DNA from: Eledone cirrhosa | Taxonomy: Eukaryota | DNA length: 64,000 bases | Reading direction: 5' to 3' | Assembly (NCBI GenBank): GCA_964016885.1 | Contig: OZ024740.1 | Coordinates: 60,016,001-60,080,000, forward strand | Part shown: one piece after another, positions 27,695-42,512 of the stretch | Layout of the letters: each line of letters starts with the position of its first letter | How positions within the stretch are numbered: position 1 is the first letter of the stretch | Notes under the pieces: model-generated | The model's database searches: none | What the model was told of the DNA's origin: nothing | The model's input: only the letters and a program-made list of their open reading frames with translations | Position numbers and translations under genes: made by a program

Positions 27695-28303
27695 GGTCAG
27701 GTCACCACTTGGTGCTACTGGTAACATGTATCCCAGTACAACCTGTCTCATGGTCGGGTCGTTGGCGACTAAACTGGCAACCCCACCAAGGTTTCTTGGT
27801 GAGGAGGGTGACTTTGGACATCCTGCAGGACTAAAAACAAAACCTGTCAAAGGGCAAAGGAGCTCTTAAGAGTCAATGGCCATCCAAAATCACTGGGAGA
27901 GATGACCCCTTAGCCTTTGTCAAGGCAGAATTCTAGGAGAAGGAAAACTCTGATATAACACCTGCAACCCTGATGGTATCCAATGATGTTGACTTGTTCT
28001 TCTTTTTGGTAAATATCATCTTGGTTAAGAGAGTGGGACTGGCTTTGTGCAGTGCCTTTGCTCACTATAAAAGCTTCACAGCACAGGCATTGCTTTATAT
28101 CTGGAGATCTCTGTGCACTTGTCGTCACATGGTACCAAAGGCAAAGCACTATGTGTCAATAATTGTCACAAGTGTAGTGTTTGTACCAGAGTTTTCAAGT
28201 CACTAGCTGGACTAAAAAGTCACACTCGTTCAGCGCATCGGTAGGGGTTCTCCTACATGAATATAAAATAGTGGCCGTACTCGAAAACGAGTTGGCAGCC
28301 ACC
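27695..28303. mobile_element. ~600-bp non-coding element, subfamily X1
   Basis: Near-identical to 60030-60634; ends with hairpin GTGGCCGtACTCGaaaaCGAGTtggCAGCCAC; contains ctaggagaaggaaaactctg, which I recall from RTE 5' UTRs. Confidence 0.8.
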
Positions 28304-28561
<258 letters not shown>

Positions 28562-28562
28562 G

Positions 28563-29032
<470 letters not shown>

Positions 29033-29089
29033 CATTTAAGTAAGTGCCGTACTAAGAGTGAGAAATGAAATTTCGTTTCATTCTATTCC

Positions 29090-29157
<68 letters not shown>

Positions 29158-29586
29158 ATGTGTGTGTGTGTCTGTGGGGGTGGGTGTGAGTGTATGTGCA
29201 AGTCAACCAACATAAGTCTTTTTATATGTAAATTTCTAGTATTTGACTCTAACCATAATTTTCAGTAGTACCACCCCACAAATTCCTCAATTTAAGAATG
29301 ACCTGTAGTATCTATTTCATACTATTAACCTTAATTGAATATATATCTGACCAGGAATGCTTTTTGTGAAAATCAGTCATATGGAACTATTGTCATCTTG
29401 CCTGACGGTTTGAACTTTACAACACCACCTGCCTCTTTGAGGTCAAATACCAACCCTACTAGCATCTACAAACTGACCAATGAGAATTAAGATTATTCCT
29501 GCTGACTACATTAAATTATCCCTAACAAGCCCATATGTCCCAAGGCTCTGAAACTACCAACACCAAAAACACAGAGTTATGTTTCG

Positions 29587-29634
<48 letters not shown>

Positions 29635-30055
29635 TAAAAAGGAAAAGAAAATGCTGACAAATTTTTCCCAGTGAAAAATAGTTTAATTAGGAATAAGTAT
29701 AAATTAGTAGTAAGTATTAGTTAGTATTCAGTTTTAGTTTTAAGTTTTTACCAGTTGCGCATTTCTTATGCTTTTCAAAAATAATTTTGATTTCATAATC
29801 GTGATTTTTGTTCTAATCTGGTCAGTTTTGGAAATTCTTCCTGTTTTATGTGAAAAAGTGGCTTGGAAGGTATTCAAATTTGGTTGGTTGTTGAATGTCA
29901 CGTGAATAAGCACTATAAATTTCGCGCCAATTCGTGTTGCAAAAATTCTTGTAGTCAAAACAATTTTGATTGGTCGGTAGAAGTCACGTGAATGTTTAAA
30001 TTGATTTTAGCGCGAACTCGTGTGTCACACCTCTATTTTTTTAAATATATATATA

Positions 30056-30822
30056 CTAGCTGACGTACCCAGCTTCGCTCGGGTAAACAGATGATAAGAG
30101 AAGACAGGTAAAAGAGAAAATGACTGTATTGGATGTTTGTCTGGTTACAGTATGAGGCGAGTCTGTGGTGTCTGTGTGATACAAAAAAACAGTAAAAACA
30201 TCTTCCAGATATACCAGATTCTTTGTTATTTCGAGCAATTGTCAAAAAAAGACACAATAATAAATATAAAAGATGTCCGTCATTGTAAAAAAAGGTCCTT
30301 ATTTACTCCCTTCACAACTCTGTGTATGTTAGACTGATAGACAGGCACACAGACAGAAAAACTGCGTGGCGATTGTGGAACGCCGCACGCACACACACAT
30401 ACACGCATGGAAACGCGCACACGCACGCAAACTTACACACGCACCCGTGCACTTACACATACGCACACACTCACACATGTTGATAGTTTTTACTTTCTGT
30501 GGAACGCTGCACGCACGCACACACAGATAAACATACGCGCACGTACATACACACGCACACATGTTAATAGTTACTGCTTTCCTTCCCCTCTTATCTCCAC
30601 ACACATCACACACACATATGTCTCTACACTGACACATATACATAGTGTATCCAACACAGCGTTCACTTTGCCTCTCTGTTTCTTACTCTCCCCTCTCACT
30701 CCTTCATTGGCATTATGCATATTAATTTAAGTTTACCATCGTTGAGGTGGGCGGAGTCGTTTGAAACCTATGAACTAATCGAGAATTATGACACACGGAA
30801 TACTGACATTGTTGAAATTAAT
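30056..30822 (-). mobile_element. Non-autonomous Helitron
   Basis: Reverse-complement 3' end CCCgAGCgaaGCTGGG-tacgtcag-CTAG|T at 30083-30055; the 5' end is placed tentatively at the (TA)n near 30822. Confidence 0.6.
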
Positions 30823-31067
30823 ATATATATATATATATATATATACAATCGTCTGGTTTTGGAACCAACCAACCAAACGGAAATTTATAAATTCTTAAAT
30901 TTATAAATTTAATTTATAATAAATTGGAGTGAAAGCAACTGGTGGGTGTGTTTCTTATTGGTAACATGACCCTCCAAAAGCATAACAATATCGGTTTGAA
31001 CACACGTTTTCAGATAAAGAATCTTGCTAAACAAATTCAGAAACGATATATATATATATATATATAT

Positions 31068-31363
31068 ATTAATATTTGATGAACATTTACATGTTTTAGT
31101 TGCAATTGACTAATAAAATCGCTAGAATGAAATATCTTAATTCAACAACATAAAGTTTGCCTGTACGATCTAAAAAATAATAAATCAATACTCACAGACT
31201 CATATGGGCAAAAGGCCTTTTGCCCATATGAGTCTGTGAGTATTGATTTATTACTTTTTAGATCGTACAGGCAAACTTTACGTTGTTGAATTAAGATATT
31301 TCATTCTAGCGATTTTATTAGTCAATTGCAACTAAAACATGTAAATGTTCATCAAATATTAAT
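31068..31363. repeat. Loopless palindrome with 148-bp arms
   Basis: Centre aaaagg|cctttt at 31215/31216; only a few mismatches and no net indel; abuts (TA)n. Confidence 0.95.
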
Positions 31364-32163
31364 TTATTCTGCTCAGAAGCGATTCTTAGAGCTGAAATGA
31401 TTGTAAATGATCCCATTGAGTGTAAACTCTAAGCTATATATATATATATATATATATAAAAGCCAAATTTTAGACTTGTGTCTGGATTTTCTCCTGCGTA
31501 CACAGGCAACAAGAATCTAATTTGCCCATAAAGAAACTATTAATCTCTACTATTGAGTACTCATTCTTATACGATCAATACAAAGCGGATTTATCCCCTT
31601 AAGGCCCTCAAATCAGTAGAAATTTGTTCTTCTTGTATAGGTTTTTTCTTCTTGTATAGGTTTTTCCTCGGGGAAAGATCAGTGTCATTGTTTTATTTAC
31701 TTTTTCGTCTCAAGTTCGTTGTTAAATCTAATGGTATTTCCATGTTCATCTTCGTATATTTAAGAAATATAGTTGTGGAAGCCAGTTGCATTGTTGACAT
31801 GAGCTGCAGTGTTTTAATCAAAATCAATGGCAAATAAAATCGTTAGATATAACTACTTTGTTTTATTATTGAATGTTTTAGTGCTAGCGTTGAAAAAGTT
31901 GTTTCTTTTTATCAAAGAAATATACCATTAAAGTTCGTATTGTACAAATTCTAACACTAAGCAGTGCAATGAAAATACGCAAGCTATTTTCAAAGCTTAT
32001 CATGTAACTCGTTATTGTTGTTGCTTTCAAAATTGCAAAGATGGAGTTTTTGTTTATTGTTAGAAACCGTCGTCTTTTTATAGAGAATTCAAAGAATTAT
32101 TAAGCAAAGAGAATATACATATATACTTACAAGCTCACAAACACATGTGCATAACAATGTATA

Positions 32164-32272
<109 letters not shown>

Positions 32273-32729
32273 GAGAGATATATATTTGGAATTTATCGAA
32301 GTCATACTAGCATTAAAGCAACACGAGTCAAAGTTAACCCGATGAACATGCAATGGTACACGATACGAGTTCGTTGTCTCAGAATGGTAATTAATTTATC
32401 GATTTAGAAAAGACTGTGAAAAGAAGAAACAGACAACGTGTAGAGATCGGAGAGAAAATAATAATAATCACAACAACAACAGCTATATATATATATATAT
32501 ATATACATATATATATAATAAAAAAGAAAATTTCGCTCTACATGGCTGAATACAATAAATGTAATCTGAGTTTTTCGAATATTAATATTAATAATAAGAT
32601 TCGATTCGTTTGCAATTTTGCAAACAAGCAGTTCTGTTCGCATACCAACACAAGAGCAAGAATGAAGTGTTCATTCTACTGACATGGCTATAAAATTGAG
32701 GCTTGTTTGCAAAATTGCAAACGAATCGA

Positions 32730-32832
32730 GGTGGATTGGCAGTATCGGTAAAGGGTCGGACGCCATGCTTTGACGCATAGAGTTACGGCCCTTGCCATTC
32801 TGAGTTCAAATCCCGCCTCAGATTACATTTAT

Positions 32833-32867
<35 letters not shown>

Positions 32868-33014
32868 GTGATAAATGTAATCTGAGTTTTTCGAATATTA
32901 ATATTAATAATTGTTTCTACCTTTGGCACAAGGCCAGCAATTACCCAGTGCATTACTGGTACTTTATTTTATCGACCCCGTAAGGATGAAAGGCAAAGTT
33001 AACCTCGGCGGGAT
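32730..33014. mobile_element. SINE family 1 split into a + strand head (32730-32816) and a - strand tail (32908-33014)
   Basis: The halves overlap at atcccgcc/ggcgggat and are surrounded by short inverted and direct duplications. Confidence 0.75.
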
Positions 33015-33042
33015 AGAAGTGGTAACACAACAGTTAGTTTAG

Positions 33043-33091
33043 CATACCGAGAACAATTGTTTCACCTTAGCGGATCCTCAGCTCGTACTGG
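33043..33091 (-). ncRNA. Minimal hammerhead (family E)
   Basis: Reverse complement: cagtaCGAG CTGAGGA tCCgctaaGGt GAAA CAATTG TT CTCGgtatg. Confidence 0.6.
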
Positions 33092-33238
33092 TCATGGTTA
33101 TACGGAATATATAAATATCTGGTGTGGGATGCTTAAAGCGTCCGTATGCGGCAGGCCGTTTTAGAACTCGATGCTCTTACAGAGCAGAGTATAATATCAC
33201 ATAAGAAACAGACATTTCGAAACTGATTCGAAAGATTA

Positions 33239-33333
33239 AGACGTATCTGAGGATCTTGCGATTTCAGAGTCAGATTCGATCATCGCATCGATCGTGCCTC
33301 GAGCTGGTCGCCAGAGAAACGATTGTAATGTCT
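33239..33333 (+). ncRNA. Hammerhead with long stem II (family D)
   Basis: AGACGTat CTGAGGA TCT...AGA GAAA CGATTG TA ATGTCT, followed by AATAAA. Confidence 0.7.
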
Positions 33334-33493
33334 AATAAATTTTCATTTGTCGCACCACTGATTCTCCGTTTCTTATGTGATATATATATATATATATATT
33401 AAAATAACAGATTAAAGTTTAAGCAAAGAATCGCTGCTTTCACCCTTAGCGGGATCTTCTGAAACGGATTTTAGTCTTCACATTTATTATTAT

Positions 33494-33533
<40 letters not shown>

Positions 33534-33691
33534 AGTGGTAAAAATCCGAAGTAAGTAGAGCACTCAATCTATAGGACGAGTTAGTTCCACAACAAATTAG
33601 CAAACCATACTCGAAGACGTGCGTCTCATTCAACGGATTCTCATGGATATATATATATATATATATATTAGAAAGTGAGGTGTCCTACACG

Positions 33692-33771
33692 AGTGGTATT
33701 TATGGCATAACCATAAGAAATGAGCTGAGAAGACTGCTGAACCCTCATACATTACTATACGACAGGAGAGT

Positions 33772-33831
<60 letters not shown>

Positions 33832-33937
33832 GAAAAAAGATGAAATCGAAAATGCAACTGGAGTCTTATTTTTAAAAATATATATATATTTTTTTTTAAA
33901 TAAGACTTCAGTTGCATTTTCGATTTCATCTTTTTTT

Positions 33938-34000
<63 letters not shown>

Positions 34001-34080
34001 ACTCTCCTGTCGTATAGTAATGTATGAGGGTTCATCAGTCTTCTCAGCCCATTTCTTATGGTTATGCCATAAATACCACT
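33692..34080. repeat. Foldback with (TA)n inside both arms
   Basis: 33692-33778 is the reverse complement of 33994-34080; 33831-33872 is the reverse complement of ~33898-33939. Confidence 0.9.
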
Positions 34081-34629
34081 TTAATCCAGCTGCTGATTGA
34101 TACATCAAGACGCATTTAACGAGATGACAGGATTTTGAACGGAGCAGCATAGAATGTTTGAGCGGATCTTATTGTCAGATCTTAGATCACCATGATGGAC
34201 CTGACGAGAATTTTCGAAGTTCTTTTTACCTTCATGGTATGCAGATCTCCATTTTCCACGGTCTGTAGTTAGGGCTTCAAAAAGAAATATAATATATGTT
34301 CACAGATTTAAGATTGTACTTCAGTTTGATTATCTGAGTAATGGTCTGCCTACATTACGTGCCCATTATGAAGTTGACTGTATAGCAGTAGATTGGGTGT
34401 GCGGTCCTCAGTCATCCGTAGGATATGACCAGCTCGTCTGAGTTGGGATTGCATCAGAAATGACTCAATCCCACCGATATTGCACCAATGTCAAAATATT
34501 TCTACTTTATACTATGTATGTGCGTATGTATGTGTGTATGCAATATATATATATATATGTGTGTGGGGGGGGGGGGGGTAAATAGGGAGACACAAAGCAC
34601 ACTTTGTTTACAAACGGCTAGCGAATTTG

Positions 34630-34889
34630 AAAATTAGGTAGTAACATGTGCTTACGCCGTATTTGACTAAATAGAATTAGTCTGTTAGTTGGGATTTTAA
34701 AAAACCCTCTGAATGGAAAAGGATGAGTATTGACGTATATGGGACACGAACCTACATCTTTGGTTTGCCGGACCATGTACGCCAATACTCATCCTTTTTT
34801 TTCCATTCAGAGTGTTTTTTAAAATCCTAACTAACAGACTAATTCTATGTAGTCAAATACGGCATAAGCACATGTTACTACCTAATTTT
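34630..34889. repeat. Diverged foldback (~113-bp arms)
   Basis: aaaattaggtagtaacatgtgctta...tatatgg versus ccatgtac...taagcacatgttactacctaatttt. Confidence 0.85.
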
Positions 34890-37800
34890 ATATATATATA
34901 TATTAATATATATATAAATATTTTCTCTTCGAGCTCTATGTTTTATCAGTCGTTAATCGAGTTATGGAATGGGCAATCGTCGGTTTTGACGATGAGTGAT
35001 CAAATTGTTTGATTAATTGAACAGCTAGATTGTGTAAATAGCATGGAATTGGCTGCATATTCCATAAAGACGTGTGCTCATAACGAATTATCAAGGAGAC
35101 ATAGTGTGACAGTGCTGGCCGTTTGAATTATAGGTACAGTTAAACCAACTACAAAATTTCACAAAGTATGGGTTGATCCGAGGTTATTGTAAATTACACT
35201 TGTCCAATGCAGTTGAATGGAATCGAACCCGAGACTTACTGACTACGAAGTAAAGTCTTTGACTATTCGGCCATGCTGTATCTATTTTGGGGTTATAATA
35301 ATATATCTACAAACATATTGAAACAATAGATAATTCTTTATCCACATGTGATATTACTGTTAGAGCAAAATTGTCATTTTAGATGGCGTATAGGTGTTGA
35401 ATATTATTTTGTATTTTTCTTGAATAACCTGAACTCTTTTCTATCGTTTAGTCTGAAGTCGACTTACTTTTCATTTATTCGTGGCTTCAATAGATTCTAG
35501 TTGCAATTGAAATCTTGATTTATAGGCGGATTGTGAATTATACGGAGTTTCACATTTCCGTGACATTTTCAGGCTTTTCTTAATCTCGGACATCTTCAAC
35601 AAATTAACATTCATGTTTCTTTGTGATATATGTTAATGTCTTCATATAAGATAAATTAGCTTTAAATCTCTTCCAATCGATTTCACTTGACAGGCAGCGA
35701 AGACAATCAGTGTATTTCAATTGAAATCCTCAATATGTCACTCACCCGATCTCTATTTTCTCAAATTCATTATCAATTCAAACTTTTTGTGTGGTTGGAC
35801 GATTTTTTTTTACCACGAACAGAATTGGAGTAGAATCCAGTATAGAGCTTTTCAATAAATATAAATCTAGTATTTTATTTATCACGTTTCAAGATCACCG
35901 TGCAGTCTATTGAGTACAATTATTATTTATATTGGGGAGACAAACCGACAAGTCTGCAATTTATCTTATTGATGAATCAATGTTGCTGCATTTCTATACA
36001 AATCTACCAGGCTGCCTGCCTGATTATACTCCATTCTTCTGGAGATAACATATTGTTGTTGTTATTTAGCCCAAAGTGATCTATGATCGAACAGACTTAC
36101 GACTAAATGCATTTCATCATATTCTTGATATACAATACGGTTGTTATTGCTTAGCCACAAGTCATTTATGATCGAGTAGACCTCGGCATTTTAACCGAAA
36201 CGTCTTGTCTTTTTTTCCCAAATATATTTTTCTACGTCCACAACATCCAGCCTGTCATCCTTTCTTCAAGACAGTAGTATGAGATTTCTCGAAGGTTTCT
36301 ATTCCGTTTCATGTAAATCAAACGGCCTTCTAGTGGCGCCCACGGTGAGCGAACCTGGCATTAATTCACATGAAATTAATGATGTTATGGTAAGTATGGA
36401 TGAACCCGTAAAGGCACGATGGTGGAATATAGCATGTTTTGGACATTTTAAAAACTTGACAGAGCCCATTTCCTCTCCAGTTCTGAACACAGCGGATTTC
36501 TTTGAGCGAAAGAGAGAGACATGCGGGGGGGGGGGGGGGGGTAATAGAGCAGGAGAGAGACGAAGAGAGGCAAGAGAATAGTGGGGTTCCTCCTGGAATA
36601 CTTTCTGTATCACTGATCTAGGATGTTAGTGAACGAATATAGAAGAGTTTTCTATTGTGCAGTGTATTTAAATTAATTGGATTAAATTAATTCTTCGCCA
36701 CGAAGAGAAATTGAAGTAACATTGTCTTTAAAGCTTGATAAAGGTTGCCAAATGTCCTGATGTTGTTTTACTAGTCTTATTAATTGGACTTAATCAGCCA
36801 AGTGTTTTGGTAGACCATTGGTTACGACGATGAGTGTTCCATTTCTTTGACCAACATAATGACTTGCTCGTGAAATTAACGTGAAAGTGGTTCATCATTC
36901 CACAGACACGAGTACTCTTAACTCAATTCTCAGGGAAATTCAACATGACAGTGTGCGACAAGACTAGCCTTTTGAATTACATATACAACACTTTTTTTAT
37001 TAGCTGAGTGTACTGGAACAACGTGGAATACAGTGTCATGCACAAAGATACAACGCACCACCGGGAATCGAAATTATGACCTTATGATCACGACTGAAGT
37101 GCGGCCAAGTTGGGGCACCAACCTCAATGCTTTTTTTCGATCAGATCAATACTCAGTACTTATTGCAATCTGGAGGTCATATGCCGAACCGTTAGATTAC
37201 AGGACATAATGGGATGTATCGTAAACACACGCCCATAGTATATACGACAGGCTTCTGCACAGTTTCTATCTATCAGTGTCTATTCACAAGGCGTTGATTG
37301 ATTAACTCGGGGCTATAGTAGAAAGCATTTCCCCAAGATGCTATGCAATAGCATCTTTGCAAATGTTTTCAAAGTGATGAAAATTTAGATTTTCTTTTTT
37401 CCCCTAGTGTTTTATTTAGAGCTACACTATGAAAAATCTTACTTTTAAGATGGTACGATGTGATATTAAGTAGATTTGTCTGCTATTTTTAGCAGGTCCA
37501 CATAACCCTATAGAACCCCTCTTCCATTGGCTCGCTACCGATAGGACGATAATTCACCCACAGCTCTTGTATAGATTATAGTCCCGCAAATTCTGAGGGT
37601 AACGTTGGGGCGCCATATTGACATACAACGTTTCTTAGGGCATTTTTTTAATCTGGCAGAGCTCATCTCTCCATGTCTGAATACAGCAGATTTCTTCCTG
37701 AAAAAGAAAGAGAGAGTGGGAGAATGGAAATAAGAAAGAGATGTATCAAGCAAAGTTTGCCTCGGTGGGATTTGAACTCAGAGAGCAGAAAGTTGAAGGG

Positions 37801-38367
37801 AATACCGCGAAGCATTCTATCCGACGTTCAAACGATTCTGCCAATGCTCTTGTATGACTCATTCTAGTAATGTTTTTTTTTTTTCATTAAGGGGAAAAAT
37901 ATCAATGTCAATATTTTTTTTTTACAGAGTAGTTGATTAGTGGATTGGCAGCATCGTTGGATAAAATACTCTGCGGTATTTGATTCGACTCTCTACATTA
38001 TGATTTCAAATGAAACCGAGCTCAACTTTGCCTTTTACTCTCCTAGGAACTCGATAAAATAAAGTACCAGTAAAGTACTTGAGTGAATTTAATCAACTTT
38101 GCTGTTCAGTCAAATGTGCTAGCTTTGTGCCTATCTTAAAAATCAATATTATTTTTCATGGGCAAAAGTAGGACTGGAAGTAATCACCAATGGAACTAGC
38201 TTTGTGGAACCCGTATTGATATCTCATTGAAGAAATCTTTCTAGATCGTTTCCAACACAGTTTTAGTAATGTAGTTATCCAATTGCCAGAAGTGAATGTG
38301 AAAGGAGAAATCTGAATTTGAGAAGAGCATACAGAGCATATAGTTTTAGTTTTAGTAGTGCGGCAAG

Positions 38368-38483
<116 letters not shown>

Positions 38484-38572
38484 CGTGCGTGTGTGCGTAT
38501 GCATGGGAAGAAACAGAAGAAAGGTAAAAAGAAAACACCGCGACGCCTAGCGGTTTCGGCTTGTATACACAC

Positions 38573-38647
<75 letters not shown>

Positions 38648-40850
38648 TGGAGTGAACAGTTGATTATGGATCAGTTTTGCACTTTGTTAAATATTACCAA
38701 CCAACAAAAGTACTGCTCGACCAAACCAACGAGCAACATCTTACATGGTCTCTCGACTTAGAAATAGATGTCACACCTTCCTAAAAATTACACTTTACCG
38801 TCTTGCAAACTCTACATAACGATAGTGTAGTCTTATATACACCTTAAATGATGGGATCTTAATGGCTGGAATAGTTTTGATTATAGTTCTGTTCAAATAG
38901 GTTTGACCTGGGGCTAAACAGCAACATCAACTATTAGTGCTCGATAAGGACTATCCTACGGTCAAATAATATATATATGTATTATTCTCAACGCGAAGGG
39001 TAGCCGTAAAAAGCTGGATACTATTTGTATAGTAAAAGGTCGGGTTAAGGTATAACCTTATATTGAACGGAGATGGGGAGAGAAAGGAAGTAAAAGAGTC
39101 TAAAGTATGAGATGAGAAATGAGAGGGGTACACAGAGAAAGAGAGAGAGAGTACAGAAGAGGAGAGAAGATAAGCGAGAACGTGATCGGTGGAGCAGAAC
39201 TTATGGAGAATTACGAAAAAGGATAAAACGACGGAGAAAGGATGGAGTAAGTAAACTAAAATAAAATTAAAACTTTAGCGTCACATGAATAAAGTTTAAA
39301 TAAAAATGCACTTTTAAATTTCTCTCCCAGAGCATTTATCACCCTAGGCTCAGGTACAATAAACTTGTTCTAGTTAACGCGAAATGGAATTAAATCCGAA
39401 AAAGACGTGGTTGTGAAGCGAACTTCTTCATCATATAGTTTAAGAAAATCTCCAAAGCCAGGTGTCAACACCACTAAAGAACTTTCTAGCGATATAATGA
39501 TACTGTTCCAATGTTTGTTTATTTTTTCGTGGTATATCAGCTGAATTCAGCAACACAATAAGATATGACGGTGAACTGAAATTTTAAGAGGAGATATGTG
39601 TAATACATTGTGACATAAACAACAGCTCTAAAGTAAACAAAATAATTTTAACATAAACCTTATGAACTATCGAAATTTTGGGAGTGTTTGAAATTTGAAA
39701 ATATGAGAATCCCAAACGCAGACTGTAATAACAGAGGATTATTTTAGATAATAATGGAAAACATTGGGTAAATTACTCTTGGCGCTTCCGTTCACTTGTT
39801 TCCGGCTCTAAGGGCAATTTACCGAATTTTCTAAACTATTATCTATAGTGATCGACTATTAGAATTATTTTCTGTTTGCAAGTAACATAATTTTAGCATT
39901 TTCTTTGGTTTATTATTTAATAAGATTATCGTTGGTTTGTTGTTGTTTTTTAACTGAAGAATGCCTAAAACTTCCAATAAGTTTATTCTCTCTAGAAATT
40001 TTTTTAAAAAGGACGAACAAATATAGATGAATAATCAGGAAGGAAATAGCAGAGAAGTAAAAGGGTTTGAAACTAAATTTCATTCCTTCAATGATGGCTA
40101 TCAGTAAAATAAATAATATTCTTCGATGGTGTTCTTTTAAGATAGGGGACGAAAAAAATCTACATCTAAATATGATGTAAAAAGTTTAGAAAACAAACAA
40201 ACAAAACAAACTAAGCACAACCTTAGAAATTATTTCAAAAGTTGAAATATAGGTGATAGTAACTGATATAGGGAAATGGAGAGGAAAGGGGCGAAATTAG
40301 AAAAATAGGGAGAGAGCTTTGTAAAAAGATAAGAAGAGTTTGTTAAATGTATATAGATATAGGTGAAAAAACGATTAGTGATAAACATTAAATGTGTCTG
40401 TTAAGTAAGTCTGTGCAACTGACGATATGGCAGCTTAACTTGAATTCAAAGAGACAGCTTTCACTATGCACTTATATAACTATTAGACATATTATCTACG
40501 CGTGCTAATAAACTACCACGAAGGAGTTGTTTACACGTTGCTATACTATTTTCTTTAGAAACACATTAACCAGAAATGGGCAAAATAACAGACGATGTGT
40601 TGAAAAGAAAAAAAAAGGATTATTTTCAGCAAAAAACAAAAATGCTTAGAAAAAATCCTGAAATCATATTGAAAAATAACTAAGTAGATAATGAAGTTTG
40701 CATGGAAAATTGCTAATGTTTTCGCATAAAGAATATCTGTTGGGAGTTTACCATTTCTGTTGTGTAATTACAATCTGGAAAAAAAAATTTTTTTTACCAA
40801 GCAGAATATGAATTTACCTTAACTTTGAACACATTATATTAAATATTAAT

Positions 40851-40956
40851 AATTGTTTCTACTTTAGGCACAAGGCCAGCAATTACCCAGTGCATTACTG
40901 GTACTTTATTTTATCGACCCCGTAAGGATGAAAGGCAAAGTCAACCTCGGCGGGAT
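40851..40956 (-). mobile_element. 5'-truncated SINE family 1 with target-site duplication
   Basis: atattaaatattaataat on both sides; the copy ends at ctcggcgggat. Confidence 0.85.
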
Positions 40957-41774
40957 ATTAAATATTAAATATTAATAATGAGATCCTACAGTATATTAAA
41001 GTTATTCGAATATAGAGGATTTCTAGTTTGCAACCAATAATGTTTTTTTTTTTATTGTGGCGAGTACTGTAATTCTGTAAGTGTTATATCATTTTATAAA
41101 TGTATACCTATTAAACCATATAATCGTAACTAGTTTAATGACTATCAGTTGTCCGTCTAGCAATATAAACAACAACCAGTACGAATAATGTCTTTATCAA
41201 CATGGTATTTACATCAATCAAATTAGCTCGTCTCGTTTCTGCACGTCTATGAAATAAGTAACTTAAACTCAGTCTTATGTTTCCAAGACATATTATCACT
41301 ATATAAAAATTTACCAACTTATATCCTCCACTATGCTATGTCAGTGAAATTGTATCTGGTAATAAACCCATATTCTCGGTATATCTCTCTTTTCAATAGA
41401 TAATAAGGTTGAGAAAAAATACTCCAAGGGAGCATTTTGCATGCATTCTCATCACTTTCAAAAATTGGGGTTAGCTGATATTATTGGTGTTATCGCTTCC
41501 TTATTTTTAGATTTTTAACATCTCATTGGGGAAGATTTTATCTTCTACTTGTAAGGATAATCTAAGTTTATTGTAGTTTTCAACTCATATTATATACACA
41601 GTTGTATAAAAAAAATATAATAGTATAATGGTTACAGAAGGAAAGCACAAACACTTATGATATATACAAAGCAGGTAATACATACATCTAGGATGAGATA
41701 TAACAAAAAGGAGACGAAAGGGGTGGGCAAACGAACCGCTAACAGAGCAAAAGATAACAGTATCACGAGGAGCA

Positions 41775-42000
41775 CTCTCTAATCATTTTTTAGGCAAGCC
41801 AGCACGCTTGCAGTGTTACCTCAGGTGATGGCGAGGTTGATACGCTGGAACAACCAAGCGCCCTCACGAGCATCACCAGTTACCTCGGTTAGGCGAGCCG
41901 CCAGTGAAGATAAGAACCTCGCAGTTAGTAACCCGAGTCCCCTGAACGTCACAGGTTGGAAACTGTAGTTAACCGACAGATCACGGTATTTCAGGATTTT
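41775..42000 (-). mobile_element. CRE-like retrotransposon C-terminal fragment
   Basis: LKYRDLSVNYSFQPVTFRGLG...FLSSLAARLTEVTGDAREGAWLFQRINLAIT*GN. Confidence 0.7.
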
Positions 42001-42370
42001 CTACCGTGTGCGTCTTTCATATTATGAGCTCTCCTCTCACGTATTTTCTCTGAGCCATATTACTGCTATCACCAATCAATGTTCCTGCTCTTCTTTCAAT
42101 TCTATGTATATCTATCACTTCTCACTCTTACAAATTGAGGTGAATATAGTTCTCTCGTGAGATCTCACATGATTGAAATATTATCTCCTGCATTCACTAG
42201 CTGTCTTTAAAGCCAAAATCCTCTTCTAACTGGCCATTTCCCCCCCATCTGTTGGGATATAATAGCGTTCGACTGTTGTTACAGTTATTTTCTGCATTTT
42301 CAATTTACACATTTTTAAACGCACATACACACACACACACACACATATATATACATAGAGAGAGAGAGAG

Positions 42371-42452
42371 AGAGGATGTTCCAAAAACATGTATACTCAC
42401 TTCAACAGCATTCTAATAAATAATATTTATACATTATTTTGGAACACCCTGT
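42371..42452. mobile_element. Very small Tc1/mariner-type MITE
   Basis: Inverted ends aggatgttccaaaa...ttttggaacaccct. Confidence 0.5.
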
Positions 42453-42467
42453 GTATATATATATATA

Positions 42468-42512
<45 letters not shown>

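Noticed and set aside
27700-27790. HDV-like ribozyme at the X element end (gtcg-ttgg-cgac-taa-actgg)
   Set aside because: I could not build P1 and P1.1, and the putative P2 is not kept in X2; a descriptor search would settle it
34197-34222. CTGACGA GAAttTTC GAAG motif
   Set aside because: GAAG instead of GAAA, and no stem I or stem III
36299-37753. Two similar peptides (KKSAVFR..E..S....KCPK) suggesting duplicated exons
   Set aside because: They appear to lie in a decayed dispersed repeat; no recognisable domain or consistent splice structure
41135-41570. Possible decayed coding sequence on the minus strand
   Set aside because: Multiple stops and no motif I can assign
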